The notes: generated by a model from the sequence alone, not told the origin. A stretch of DNA of 64,000 nt from Nannocystis pusilla (GCF_049060185.1 NZ_JBMEQO010000002.1); one strand, 5' to 3'; positions 12,895 through 24,278 are shown, counted from the first letter of the stretch. A program made the numbers and translations.

Positions 12895-13434
12895 TGTCGA
12901 CCCACGCCGGCGTCGGCCTCGCCACCCTCGTCACCGCCCGTGCGGCGGTCATGACCACCCTCGTGCTCGCCGCGGGCGTCGTCGCCGTCGCCGGGTCGCG
13001 CCCGCCGGGGCCGTTCGGCCCGGCGCTCCCCCGTCCGACGCCACACCGGTCGCAGCGAGCGTCGCCGAGCGGCCTGCCGCGGCCGTCGTCGTCGAACCGG
13101 TCTCGCCCTCGCCGACGCCGCCCGTCACCTCGCCCCCCGTCGCCTCGCCGCGGATGGAGGATGCCGACCGCCTGGCCGCCGAGGTCGCGGTGCTGGAGCG
13201 CGCCCAGGCCGAGCTCGCGCGCGGCGACCTCGAGGCAGTGCGGGCCCGCCTCGCGGAGCACGCGCGCCGCTTCCCCGTCGGCGCCTTCGGCGACCTGCGC
13301 GGCGTCCTTGCGATCGAGCTCCTGTGCCGCGACGGCCGGCGGGACGAGGCCGCCGCTCGGGCAGCCGCGCTGGTCCTCGCGTACCCGCGCTCGCCGCCGC
13401 GCGGCGGTTCGAAGATTATTCGTGCCCCGAGTGA
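12894..13434 (+). CDS. anti-sigma factor (single TM helix, C-terminal helical-repeat domain); frameshift ~13030; end uncertain
   Basis: MSTHAGVGLATLVTARAAVMTTLVLAAGVVAVAG TM helix; start ATG overlaps an upstream TGA (cTGATGt), typical coupling of sigma/anti-sigma pairs. Confidence 0.5.
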
Positions 13435-13484
13435 GACGAATCGTTCGAGGCGGAGACTGGCAGTAGTAGAGCCCCAGCCTGTTC

Positions 13485-14184
13485 ATGGACCACGGCATCC
13501 GCGTCGCATCTCCCTGCATCCGCGCTGCGCTCGCATCTGCGCTCGCGCTCGCCGTGCCGGCCTGCACGTATCCGAAGTTCCTCGGCGAGGAGCCGACCGA
13601 CGGCGAAGCCACCACGGAAGACATCATCACCGCGAGCGCGTCGAGCCAGAGCTCCGCCACGAGCACCGGCGTGGTGACCGGCGACCCGACCACGAGCACC
13701 GGCGTGGTGACCGGCGACCCGACCACGATCGATCCGACCACGATCGATCCGACCACGTGCGCGGACGGCTGCCCGGGCGGCGCTCCGGGCGGTCCCATCG
13801 AGAAGTGCCTCTCGGAGTTCAATGAGGAGTACTGGTGCGAGTGCACCGAGGGTGACATTCATCCGTGCGGCGGCGGCCGCGTCAGCGTCTGCCTCGCCCA
13901 GGACGCCGTCGTCTTCACCCACACCCGGTGGACGACCTGCGGCACCTGCGAGCCCGGGCAGCAGCGGGCCTGTGACGCCCCGGCGGGCCGGGCCGACATT
14001 CTGCAACCTCCACGACGTGTGGATCGACGACATCGAGGACCTGCCGATGCTCGAGTGGGGCGCCTGCCTCCGCGAGCAGGACGTCGCCTGCGAGCCGGGT
14101 GAATCGAGGCAGTGCGAGGGCGGCATCGCCATCGAGCAGTGCGACGTCGATCTGCAGGGTATCCCTCACTGGACCGGCTGCTAG
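13485..14184 (+). CDS. Cys-rich secreted lipoprotein with Thr/Pro-rich linker (TSTGVVTGDPTT x2, IDPTT x2); one apparent frameshift ~13985
   Basis: Signal plus lipobox LALAVPAC; C-terminal domain with about 14 Cys. Confidence 0.45.
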
Positions 14185-14278
14185 CTCGCGCTGGCGCCCA
14201 ATACGTGCATCGTCCTTTTCGACCGATCGAGTACCCATGCGATATCTGGAAAATCTCAGGAGCGCCCACGTGAAGACA

Positions 14279-14953
14279 ATGTACCTCGGGCTCGCCGTCG
14301 CCCTGGCGTCGGCGGCCTGCGGCGACAGCGGCGGCGACGGCAGCGCCTCGAGCCCGGGCACCGGCGGGGCCACGAACCCGGGCCCGGGCAGCAGCAGCGG
14401 CGGCGAGCCGATCCCGCAGGCCGACTGCACGTCGCGCTGCGAGGCGCACGCGACCGCGTGCGACGTACCCGATGCCATGCTCTCGCAGCTCTGCGGCAAC
14501 ATCTGCGCCGATTCGCTCACCGAGGCCGCCATTCAATGCATCGAGGCGCTGCCCTGCACGGCCGGCGAGGACGAGCTCGACGCGTGCGTGAGCGAGAACC
14601 CGCCGGGCGGGTCCAGCGAATCGGACGGCCCCACCGACACTGGGGGCCCCGCCGCGGGAGGATTCGGCGACCCATGCACGTGCGGCATGACGAGCGGCGA
14701 GTGGGAGTGCTCCGGCTCCGACATCTGCGCCACGGGCCTCGTCTGCGTCGGCTCCGGCAACGACGCCGGCACCTGCAGGGGCCCGGTCTGCTGCGACAGC
14801 GAGAGCGACTGCGCCGAGAAGCTCGGCAAGCAGGCCAACTGCGACGCCGGCCAGAAGTGCGCCTGCCAGGGCGGCGACCTCGAGTGCGTCGGCGAGGCGT
14901 GCACCTGCGAAGGCGGCGCCCTGACGAGCCGCGGCCTCTGCTACCCCGAGTGA
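14279..14953 (+). CDS. Cys-rich secreted lipoprotein
   Basis: MYLGLAVALASAACGDSGG lipobox; about 26 Cys in 225 aa; intact ORF. Confidence 0.5.
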   Translation: MYLGLAVALASAACGDSGGDGSASSPGTGGATNPGPGSSSGGEPIPQADCTSRCEAHATACDVPDAMLSQLCGNICADSLTEAAIQCIEALPCTAGEDELDACVSENPPGGSSESDGPTDTGGPAAGGFGDPCTCGMTSGEWECSGSDICATGLVCVGSGNDAGTCRGPVCCDSESDCAEKLGKQANCDAGQKCACQGGDLECVGEACTCEGGALTSRGLCYPE

Positions 14954-15042
14954 CCGGAGCGACGGCCCGAAGCCGTGTGTGGACATTTCGACCTCCACCT
15001 TCGATCTGCCTCCTGCAGACTCGCATGCTTTGAAAGTGACGT

Positions 15043-15510
15043 ATGAAACACGCAGTTTCACGCGGGCTCGGCCTTGTCTTGCCATTCGCTCTGACGATCG
15101 CGTCCGGGCCTGGTTGCTTCCTCCCGCCGCCGATCGTGCGAGGACCGGACGGTCGGCCGATCTTTCGCGGTGAGTACCTGATTCACCCGCAAGCGGGCCC
15201 GTACTTCTGTTTCGGCGGAGTCACGCCGCTCGGGACAGAGACGTCCCGCTGCCAGGGGACCCTGGACACCTGCGCCGGCCTGCTCGACACCTGGCAAGAG
15301 GCCGGGCAGAGTCTGCTCAGCGCTTGCCACCCGACATCGAACATCTACTGCACCCAGGGCTTCAGTAACAACTGGATGTGCGCGGAGACCGTGGAGGCGT
15401 GCGAGGTCGAACGCGCGCGTCGCGTCCAGGAATACGCGAGCGGGCAGGATCTCGGGTACGCGACATGCACCGAGGTCGACGCGTCCAAAGTGTTCCCGCC
15501 GCCGGCCTAG
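15043..15510 (+). CDS. small Cys-rich secreted protein
   Basis: Signal peptide MKHAVSRGLGLVLPFALTIASGPGC; intact 155 aa. Confidence 0.45.
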   Translation: MKHAVSRGLGLVLPFALTIASGPGCFLPPPIVRGPDGRPIFRGEYLIHPQAGPYFCFGGVTPLGTETSRCQGTLDTCAGLLDTWQEAGQSLLSACHPTSNIYCTQGFSNNWMCAETVEACEVERARRVQEYASGQDLGYATCTEVDASKVFPPPA

Positions 15511-15672
15511 ACGCGCGCCGAGGCGGGCTCTCACGCAGTACGCTCACGATCGCCGCTCCCTCACCAGTCCCATCGGCCATCTCATCGGGAGCGCGACCAT
15601 CCGCGATCGCCGGCCGTGGCGCGCAGCCTCGCGCGCACCGACGCCGCCCCTGTCATGCAGTACCATCGCGCG

Positions 15673-16931
15673 ATGTCTCGCCTCGAAGCGCTCCTCCTGT
15701 GTGCCCCCTTGCTGGCAGCCTGCGGCGACAGCGGGCGGCCCCAGGACACCGCGAACGCCACCCTGACCACCAGCGGCCCCGGCCCGACCTCGACCGTCGA
15801 CCCCACCGAAGGCGCCGTCACCGACGGCACCACCACCGGCGAGCCGACCACCTCCACCACCTCGACCTCGGGCCTGCCCAAGCTCGACCTCGGCGCCCAG
15901 CCCGACCAGGGCGAGATGGCCACCACCGGCGAGTGTGCCGCTCAGATGTTGGAGCCGCAGGTCCAGTCGATCGGCGTCGACATCGTCGTCGTCGTCGACA
16001 CCTCCAACTCCATGCAGGCTGCGATCGCCGCCGTCGAGGCCAGCATCAACAACGACTTTGCCGCCATCCTCGGCGCCAGCAACGTCGATTACCGCGTCAT
16101 CGTCATGGGCGACTACCCGCCCGGCGAGCAGCTCGACATCTGCATCAGCGCCCCGCTCTCCGGCACCGACTGCAACCCGCCGCCCGCCGTCCCCGCGGTC
16201 ACCGAGCGCTACAAGCACTACGACGGCATCACCGGCTCGGGCGGCTTCCTCGCCAGCATCCTCGCCTGGTACACCGCCCCCGATCCGCACGGCCTCGCCC
16301 CCAACGGCTACCGCGACTTCCTGCGCGACGGCACGCGCAAGGTCATCCTCGCCATGACCGACGGCACCAGCGCCTCGAACACCGACGCCGACGGCGACGC
16401 CTTCGACGCCGCCCTGCTCGCCCTCGACCCGCCGCACTTCGGCACCCTGGCGCGCGCGACTACGTCTTCCACACCATCATCACCATGGGCGCCAACAACC
16501 CGCCCGACGCCCTGTGGTTGCCGGGCGACCCGCTGCAGGGCGAGGGCGACTCGATCCAGCGGGTCAGCGTCATCAGCGGTGGTTGGCGCTTCCCGCTGTC
16601 GCAGACCGACGCCTTCGACGTCCTCTTCCAGGAGATCGCCAAGGACGTCGTCATGACCACCCCGATCGCCTGCTCCTTCCCGATCCCCGAGCCGCCGATG
16701 GGCACCATCGATCCGAACACCATCGAGATCGACTACCAGGTCGGCGGCGTCCCGCCGGTCAAGGCGTTCCATCAGGTCGTCGACCTCGCCGCCTGCGAGG
16801 CCGACGCCTTCTACATCGAGAACGCCACGGTCATCCTCTGCCCCGACGCCTGCGCCCAGGTGCAGGCCGACCCGGCCGCCAAGCTCGACGTCCGCTACGG
16901 CTGCGACGTCGGCTTCGATCCCGCCGGTTGA
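15673..16931 (+). CDS. von Willebrand factor A (VWA)-domain lipoprotein; one apparent frameshift ~16440
   Basis: MSRLEALLLCAPLLAACGDSG lipobox; MIDAS DxSxS in DIVVVVDTSNSMQAAIAAV. Confidence 0.65.
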
Positions 16932-17044
16932 TCGGCCCGAGCTCGCCGTCCGCTACGGCTGCGGCGGCGGCTCCGACTCCGCCGGGTGATCGGCCCGAGC
17001 TCGCCGTCCGCTACGGCTGCGGCGGCGGCTCCGACTCCGCCGGC
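16931..17044. repeat. perfect tandem duplication 2 x 57 bp (GATCGGCCCGAGCTCGCCGTCCGCTACGGCTGCGGCGGCGGCTCCGACTCCGCCGGGT) echoing the 3' end of the VWA gene
   Basis: Units 16931-16987 and 16988-17044 are identical. Each encodes ...VRYGCGGGSDSAG*, similar to the gene terminus ...VRYGCDVGFDPAG*. Confidence 0.85.
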
Positions 17045-17999
17045 GGAGCCTCGCCCGGCCCTTCCGGCGCGCTCTCCGGCGCGTTCCCCGTCGCCATCCG
17101 GCGCCACACCGCCGGCAGCCCGATCTCGAGGAACACCGGGAAGCGATAGCCCTCGTAGCGGCGCTCGAGCGCCGCCCGGACCCGCAGCACCGCGGCGGGG
17201 TCCGGCGGCAGCGTCGGCTTCTCGGCCGCCACCAGCGACAGCACCGTCTGCAGGTACTCGCGCTGGTTCTCCACCAGCTCCGGCCCGCCCGAGCGGCCGC
17301 GGCCCGGATGCACGTGCTTCGGCTGCATCGCCTCGATCTCCGCCAGCCGCTGCAGCCACGCCTCCGGCTCGCCGATCTCGAGCCACGCGTGCGCCTTGTT
17401 GGCCACCAGGTCGCCGACGAACACGTGGTCCTCCCATTGAACCACCACGTGGGCCGGGCTGCAGCCCGGCCCGAGCACGTGCGCCTTCAGCTCGAGGCCG
17501 GCCAGCTTCAGCGTCGTCGTCGCCGCCCCGAAGCTGCGCGGCTGCGGCACCGCCGTCGGCCAGTCCGGCGCGTAGCGCTCCGCGAACGCCTCCGTGCGCT
17601 TCGCAAACACCTCGGGGATCCGCGCCAGCACCTGCTCGGCGGTCCACACCTCGATCCCGCGGGCCTGGAACGTCGCGGTGCCGTTGAACTTGTCGGGGTT
17701 CGCGTGCAGCACGATCGCCGCCACCACCTTCTTCGGGTCACGCGCTCGGCCGCCGCGATGACCTCGGCCGCGACCGACGGCAGGAACTGCACATCGATCA
17801 CCACCACCCCGTCCGGCCCTTCGATCCAGAAGCTCGACGTGTCGAACGACCAGCCCGACGAGATGTACTGCCCGATCCGCCGCTCGGACAGCGGCACCTC
17901 CACCCGGCCCGTCATCGGCGTCGACGAGTGGCTCACGCAGGCGAACCCCGAGGTGACGAGCGACGCGAGGGTGACGAGCTGAAGCGCGCGAGCGAACAT
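17008..17999 (-). CDS. secreted MBL-fold metallo-hydrolase; frameshift ~17740; C-terminal Pro/Glu-rich tail encoded by the tandem repeat
   Basis: Signal MFARALQLVTLASLVTSGFAC; metallo-beta-lactamase-like core continuing in a second frame (VAAIVLHANPDKFNG...). Confidence 0.55.
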
Positions 18000-18285
18000 C
18001 GGCTGCGAAGGCTAGTGCCCCCGCCGCGCCGTGTCCACCGCCGGCGCGCATGTCTCGAAGGACATCCGCACGCGCCGAACCCTCCCACGGCCCCGCCCAG
18101 GCCCCATCTCCGGCCGGCGCGCGCAGCACCGGGCGCAGTCACGCCCCATCCCCGGCGGCGCCCGTCGCCAGCGCGCCGCGTGGCTCTCGGGCCGACCGGG
18201 GCGAGCCCCGCCCGGGCATCCCCGGGCGCCGCGCGGAGCGTCGCGTGGTATGAGATCGTAGGCCGGCCCAGCCCGCGGGAGTCTT

Positions 18286-19245
18286 ATGCGACATGTCTTC
18301 AAGTACAGCTTCACCGTCTCTGCCCTCGTCCTCGCCGCGTCCGCCTGCGGCGACTCCGGGGCCGTCCAAGGCAGCTCCGCCACCGACGCGACCACCATCA
18401 GCAGCCTGAGCGCCGGCACCACCGAGCCGGGCACCACCGAGCCGGGCACCACCGAGCCCGGCACCACCGAGCCGGGCACCGCGGCCACCACCGCCGAGCC
18501 CACCACCGCCGAGCCCACCACCGGCCCCGTCGATCCATCGACCACCACCACGACCACCGAGCCCGGCACTACCACCACCACCACCACGGAGACCGGCACC
18601 ACCACGACCACCGGCGAGCGGCCGCCGGAGTGCGTCTCCGTGCTCAAGGCCACCGTGCGCGACTTCAAGGAGAGCCACCCCGACTTCGAGGCCTACGGCG
18701 GCACCGTCGACGGCCTCGTCCAGGTGGACCTCGGGCCCGACAAGAAGCCGGTCTACGCCCACGCCGGCGGCACCTCGGTCACCACCGGCCCGGCGGAGTA
18801 CGCCCAGTGGTACAACGACGTCGCCGACGTCAATCAAGCGTTCGAGATCGAGATCATGTTGACCGAGACGATGCCCGGTCAATACACCTACCAGAACAAC
18901 GACTTCTTCCCGATCGACGATCAGGGCTGGGGCAACCAGGGCAACAACCACAACTTCCACTTCACCACCGAGATCCACACCGAGTTCACCTATTCGGGCG
19001 GCGAGGTGTTCACCTTCACCGGCGACGACGATCTGTGGCTGTTCATCAACGGCAAGCTCGCCATCGACCTCGGCGGCGTCCACGGCGCCCTCAGCGAGTC
19101 CATCGACCTCGACAGCAACGCCGGCTTCTTGGGCATCCAGCTGAACGGCACCTACTCGATGGACATCTTCCACGCCGAGCGCCACACCACCCAGTCGAAC
19201 TTCCGCATCGACACCAGCATCAACTGCTTCATCGTCCCCGGCTGA
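18286..19245 (+). CDS. fibro-slime domain (PA14-like) lipoprotein with TEPG/Thr-rich linker
   Basis: Lipobox VLAASAC; (TEPGT)x4 repeats; characteristic FTGDDDLWLFINGKLAIDLGGVHG fibro-slime motif; intact. Confidence 0.75.
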   Translation: MRHVFKYSFTVSALVLAASACGDSGAVQGSSATDATTISSLSAGTTEPGTTEPGTTEPGTTEPGTAATTAEPTTAEPTTGPVDPSTTTTTTEPGTTTTTTTETGTTTTTGERPPECVSVLKATVRDFKESHPDFEAYGGTVDGLVQVDLGPDKKPVYAHAGGTSVTTGPAEYAQWYNDVADVNQAFEIEIMLTETMPGQYTYQNNDFFPIDDQGWGNQGNNHNFHFTTEIHTEFTYSGGEVFTFTGDDDLWLFINGKLAIDLGGVHGALSESIDLDSNAGFLGIQLNGTYSMDIFHAERHTTQSNFRIDTSINCFIVPG

Positions 19246-19259
19246 CCTGGAGCCCCGAC

Positions 19260-20301
19260 GCGCGTCGATGAGGACGCAGCCTCGCCTCGCCATTCGCGGC
19301 GATCACTGCGGGCGAAATCGGCGCTCACCGTCCTCGGCGCGTCGAGCTCGGCGGTGATCGTCGCCATGTGCCATCCGGCCGTGAGGCGGCCGAAGTAGCT
19401 CGGCATCTCTTCGAGGTCGTATGGAGCCGTCGTGCAGAATGCGGCATGACCTCCATCCTGCCGTCGAGCGTCAGCCAGCCGGGAGTCAGCGCGTCGAGCC
19501 GCAGCGTCGTCGTGCGTTGCATCCGGCTCGCCGAGATCCGCAGCGTGGAGGGATCGGAGCACTCGACCACGATCTCCTCGACGTACGCGGCGCCGTCCCA
19601 CGCCATCGTCGGCTCCGGGCAGCCGAACACCGACGGGTAGGCGTCGTACGCGGTGTCGAGGTACAGCGCCTCGAGCTCGTCGAAGCTCAGCCGTACACCC
19701 GCTCGAACTGGCCGCGGAGCTGGGCCTCGGAGTCGTCGGGCTCCGACATTCGGTACAGCCGGGTCAGCGGCTCGGCGCCGAACTCCTCATACAGGAAGCG
19801 CACGAAGTGACCGGCCGTCGCGTAGGAATACGCGTCGTCGACGCCCTGGGTCTCGAGCGGATCGAAGTCGAGCCAGTCCGACGGCATCATCGAGCCCGGC
19901 GCGAGCATCGGCGCGCTGAAGGCGACCGCCAGCCCTTCCGCCAGGAACGGCTTGGCCTGGCCCATCGAGGCCGCCACGGCGTGCACGAGCTCGTGTTCGA
20001 ACAACGACCAGGGCCCGTAGATGGTAGTCCCGTCGGCGCAGGCCGAAGCGCTGTCGGGACAGAACCCCGAGATGTCCTCGACCCAGTTGTAGCGGATCTT
20101 GCCCCTGGCCTCGATCCCGAGGAGCTCCTCGATCTCTGCCAGGCGCGCCTCCATGAACGCCACGTTGCCGCCGCACAGCTCACCCTCGAATTCCGGCGCG
20201 ATCTCGAACCGATCGGTGACGAAGGCGACCTCCGGCGGCTGCCGGCAGGCTGCCACGCCGAGCATCGTCACCACGCACGCCGCCGCGCTTCTCCGTGTCA
20301 T
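19260..20301 (-). CDS. lipoprotein with HExxH motif (putative zinc metallopeptidase); apparent frameshifts ~19687 and ~19430; 3' end uncertain
   Basis: MTRRSAAACVVTMLGVAAC lipobox; LFEHELVHAVAASMGQ; coding continues in shifted frames (SFDELEALYLDTAYDAYPSVFGCPEPT...). Confidence 0.4.
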
Positions 20302-20504
20302 CGTCGACGATCGTACCACCCGGCCCCGGCCGCGCCAGCCGACGCGCGTCGAGCGTCGTCTTCCCCAGATCTGCGCTGCGCTGCACGGACAAGCCCTTGC
20401 GTGTGGACGGTCTTTGCGTCGCTGCTGATCGACGAGAGACTCGCCGCGGCGCGGCCGAGTCGGTCGCGCCCGTTGCTGACCTGAAGCCCGCGGACCCGAG
20501 CCCG

Positions 20505-21440
20505 CTACGACCGCCGCACCCCTTCGCGCCGCTTCGCCGGGCCGACGCGCTTCGCGGTCGCGCGCATCAGCTCGGCCATGAATTCGAGGAACACGCGCAC
20601 CTTCGGGAGCTGCGCCTTCTCCTTTGCGAAGAGGGCGGCGACCGGCACCTCTTGCTGGAGCTCGGGTCGCAGGACCGCCTCGAACGTGCCGCGGGCGAGG
20701 TCCTCGCGCACCACGTGCTCGAAGACTTGCACGATGCCCTGGCCCGCGCGCGCCGCTTCGAGGATCGCCCCGATGCCGTTCGAGTAGAACCGCCCCGTCG
20801 GCACGAGCGCGACATCGCCGTCTTCGTGCCGGAGCTTCCACGGGAGGGGCATCGAGCCGACGAGGAAGCCCAGAGTGTCATGCCCTCGGAGGTCCTCGAC
20901 GGAGGCCGGCCGACCGCGGCGCGCGAAGTAATCCGGCGTACCGACGATCACCAGCGGCATCGTCCCCAGGTGCTTGTGCATGAGCTCGCTCTCGCGCAGC
21001 TTCGCCATTCGCAACACCACGTCGATCCCCTCGGCGATGGGATCGACCAGATGATCGCGGAGGCTGAGATCGACGGAGAGCTCGGGGTACGCCGCGAGGA
21101 AGCGCCCGATCGCCGGGCCGAGCACGTAACTCCCGAACATCGAAGGCGCGTCGACGCGGAGCCTCCCGCGGGGGCGCTGCGGGTGCTGGCGACGGCCCTG
21201 TCGGCCTCCTCGAGCTCGCGGAGGATGCGAGTACAGCGCTCGTAGTAGACGGCCCCGTCCGCGGTGAGCCCGACGCTGCGGGTCGTCCGCTCCAGCAGTC
21301 GAACGCCGAGGCGCCCCTCGAGCCGCGCGATCGCACGGCTGACGCCGGACGCGGTGAGGCCCATCGCCCGGGCCGCGAGCGTGAAGCTCCGCTTCTCGAC
21401 CACGCGGACGAACACGCCGATCTCGCTGAGCGGATCCATC
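20505..21440 (-). CDS. LysR-family transcriptional regulator; one apparent frameshift ~21160
   Basis: N-terminal HTH MDPLSEIGVFVRVVEKRSFTLAARAMGLTASGVSRAIARLEGRLGVRLLERTTRSV; LysR substrate-binding domain in second frame. Confidence 0.8.
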   Translation of the reverse strand, partial: DGSAQRDRRVRPRGREAELHARGPGDGPHRVRRQPCDRAARGAPRRSTAGADDPQRRAHRGRGRLLRALYSHPPRARGGRQGRRQHPQRPRGRLRVDAPSMFGSYVLGPAIGRFLAAYPELSVDLSLRDHLVDPIAEGIDVVLRMAKLRESELMHKHLGTMPLVIVGTPDYFARRGRPASVEDLRGHDTLGFLVGSMPLPWKLRHEDGDVALVPTGRFYSNGIGAILEAARAGQGIVQVFEHVVREDLARGTFEAVLRPELQQEVPVAALFAKEKAQLPKVRVFLEFMAELMRATAKRVGPAKRREGVRRS

Positions 21441-21577
21441 GCGCGAGTCTCCGCGATTGTTGACCGGCAAGCAACAGAGTCGTGCGCCCATCGGCCTTGG
21501 TCGTCTCGTCGCAGCGCCCTAGAACTCGACGCATGAACGACAAGGTCCCTGGAAACGACTCCGCCCATCCGCATCGA

Positions 21578-22302
21578 ATGACCACCCGCGTCGCGCTCGT
21601 CACCGGTGCGAACAAGGGCATCGGCCTCGAGATCGCCCGCCAGCTCGCCCAAGCCGGCGTCTTCGTCATCCTCGGCGCGCGCGACCGCGACCGGGCGAGC
21701 GCAGCCGTCGCCGATCTGGCGCGCCAGGGATTGGCAGCACAGGCGGTCCGGATCGACCTCGACGACGAGGCGAGCATCGCCACCGCTGCCGCATCGATCA
21801 CCGCCGAGCACGGTCGGCTCGACATCCTCGTCAACAACGCCGGCATCGTCGACGCCGAGGACGGCCCGCCCGGCGCCGCATCCCTCGCGGCCGTCCGCAA
21901 GATCATGAACACGAACTTCGTCGGCACCCTGGCGGTGACGCAGGCGATGCTCCCGCTGCTGCGAAAGTCGCCCGCCGCGCGAATCGTCAATCTGTCCAGC
22001 TCCTCGGTTCGCTCACCCTCAACGGAGATCCGACGTCGCCCTATTATTCGGCGCGATTGATCGGCTACAACGCCTCCAAGGCGGGCGCTCAACATGCTCA
22101 CCGTCCAGCTCGGCGAAGAGCTGCGCGATACGCCGATCGTCGTCACCTCGGTGAGCCCGGGATACGTCAAGACCGACTTGACCGGGCACAATGGTTTCCT
22201 GACCCCGAGCAAGGCGCGAGGTTGCCGGTCGAGCACGCGCTGCGCGGCGCCGACGCCGTCTCCGGCCGGTTCGTGGAAGCGAGCGGCGAGACTCCCTGGT
22301 GA
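21578..22302 (+). CDS. SDR-family (carbonyl reductase-like) oxidoreductase, divergent from the LysR gene; about 3 apparent frameshifts
   Basis: TGANKGIGLEIARQL Rossmann motif, NNAG, catalytic YNASKAG found in a second frame, C-terminal SPGYVKTDL in a third. Confidence 0.7.
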
Positions 22303-22392
22303 GCGCCGACTTTCGGCCGCGACAGCCGTCGCCACGCCGAGCCGTGCGCGCCCGGGCCTGCGCGCCCCTGTCGCCGCCGCGGTGAAACCGGC

Positions 22393-22416
22393 GACATGTC
22401 TCCCAGGACATGTCCC
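22393..22416. repeat. GACATGTCTCCCA-GGACATGTCC palindromic repeat pair
   Basis: Perfect 10-bp palindrome GGACATGTCC preceded by a half copy, in the intergenic region after the SDR gene. Confidence 0.6.
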
Positions 22417-22596
22417 GATTCCGCGCCGCGAGGCCGCGCGCGCGGCCTCGCGAGTGGTCGCGCGGCCCACACCGCCGCGACGTCACCCGTGCAGCCGCAT
22501 GCACCACGTGGATCGACTCGTCGCCGCGTCGGGGCCGCCGGCCTCTGCGATCCCCGACGCTCGCCCGTCGGCGATCCGCTCGCGTACGATGCCGCC

Positions 22597-24265
22597 ATGA
22601 GACTTTGTGTATGGGCGAGCAGGAGTGCATTCGCGGCAGCGATCGCCGCGGCGGGGTGTGGGGACAGCGGCGTCGCGGCCAGCGAGACGGACGCGACCGG
22701 CACGGAGACGCAGGCGACGACCAGCGGTGACAGCACGAGCGAACCGGCGCCGACGACCGGCGCGCCGACCACGAGCGGCACCTCGACGGTCGGCACCGAC
22801 AGCGCGACCGCGGCGACCGACAGCGACACCACGACCACCACGACCACCACGACCACCACCGACGGCGACACCACGACCACCACGACGACCGACAGCGACG
22901 CGACCACCACCGATTCCACCAGCACCGGCCCCGCCCCTTCTGCGGCGACGGCGAGGTCGACGACGGCGAGGCCTGCGACGACGGTCCGGGCAACGCCGAC
23001 GACGCCAACTGCACCCTCGCCTGCGCCGAGGCCGTGTGCGGCGACGGCCTCGTCCACGCGGGCGTCGAGGCCTGCGACGACGCCAACGACGTCGACGACG
23101 ACGCCTGCAGCAACACCTGTGCCCTCGCCACCTGCGGCGACGGAGCGGTCCAGAACGGCGAGGCCTGCGACGACGCCAACACCGACGACACTGACGCCTG
23201 CCTCTCCACCTGCCTCGCCGCCAGCTGCGGCGACGGCCACGTCCAGGCCGGCGTCGAGCCATGCGACGACGGCAACCCCGACGACGCCGACGCCTGCCTC
23301 TCACCTGCCAGGCCGCCACCTGCGGCGACGGCCACGTCCAGGACGGCGTCGAGCAGTGCGACGACGGCAACGCCGACAACAGCGACGCTTGCCTCGCCAC
23401 CTGCCAGACCGCCACTTGCGGCGACGGCGAGGTGCAGGCCGGCGTCGAGGAGTGCGACGACGCCGACGCCGACGACAGCGACGCCTGCCTCGCCGATTGC
23501 AAGGCCGCCACCTGCGGCGACGGCGTCATCCACGTCGGCGTCGAGCAATGCGACGACGGCAACGACATCGACGGCGACGGCTGCACCAGCGCCTGCACCG
23601 TCCCCACGACCTGCGAGGACCTGCAAGCCGCCGTGCCGATGCTCCCGAGCGGCGTCTACGTCGTCGACCCCGACGGCGTCGGCGGTCAGGCCGGTTACCC
23701 CGTCTTCTGCGACATGGTCACCGCCGGCGGCGGCTGGACATTGCTCGAGCGCAGCCCGCTCGGCGCCCAGACCATCGGCAAGGCGCTCTACAACGACCTC
23801 CCCATCAACGCCGCCGACCCTGCCAACGCCCGCCATCGCCTGTCCAAGGCGCAGATGACCGTCCTGCGCGACCTCTCCACCGACATGCGCATCGACTGCC
23901 GCGGCGACGACTACTTGCTGACCGCTGCCGGCAACCTGTTCAACGGTCAAGGTGGACCGAACAGCTGCTTCGATTGGTCGCAGGTGCTCTACAAGGAGGC
24001 CCGCCTCAAGGGCAACTTCGTGCAGAACAAGACCATCTGCACCTGGCACGTCGGCACCTCCGAGGGCTGCGCCGGCGCCTGGCACATCGACGAGGTGGCC
24101 CAGAACCAGTACGGCTGCGGCCTCGTCAACTACCCGTGGAAGGGCGCCGCGGTCGTCAGCCCCTCCGCCGACACCTTCGCCACCGACCCCAACACCCTCG
24201 ACGCGGTCAACCCGATACACGACTGTCACAAGCCCGGCGCCGCCCGCTGGCTGATGGTCCGCTGA
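22597..24265 (+). CDS. lipoprotein with Thr-rich linker, about 7 Myxococcus cysteine-rich repeats (CGDGxV..GExCDDGN..DxC) and a C-terminal fibrinogen-related domain; about 2 apparent frameshifts
   Basis: [25 protein letters not shown] lipobox; repeats [37 protein letters not shown] and so on; FReD hallmark [18 protein letters not shown]. Confidence 0.7.
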
Positions 24266-24278
24266 TCGCCGGGTATCC

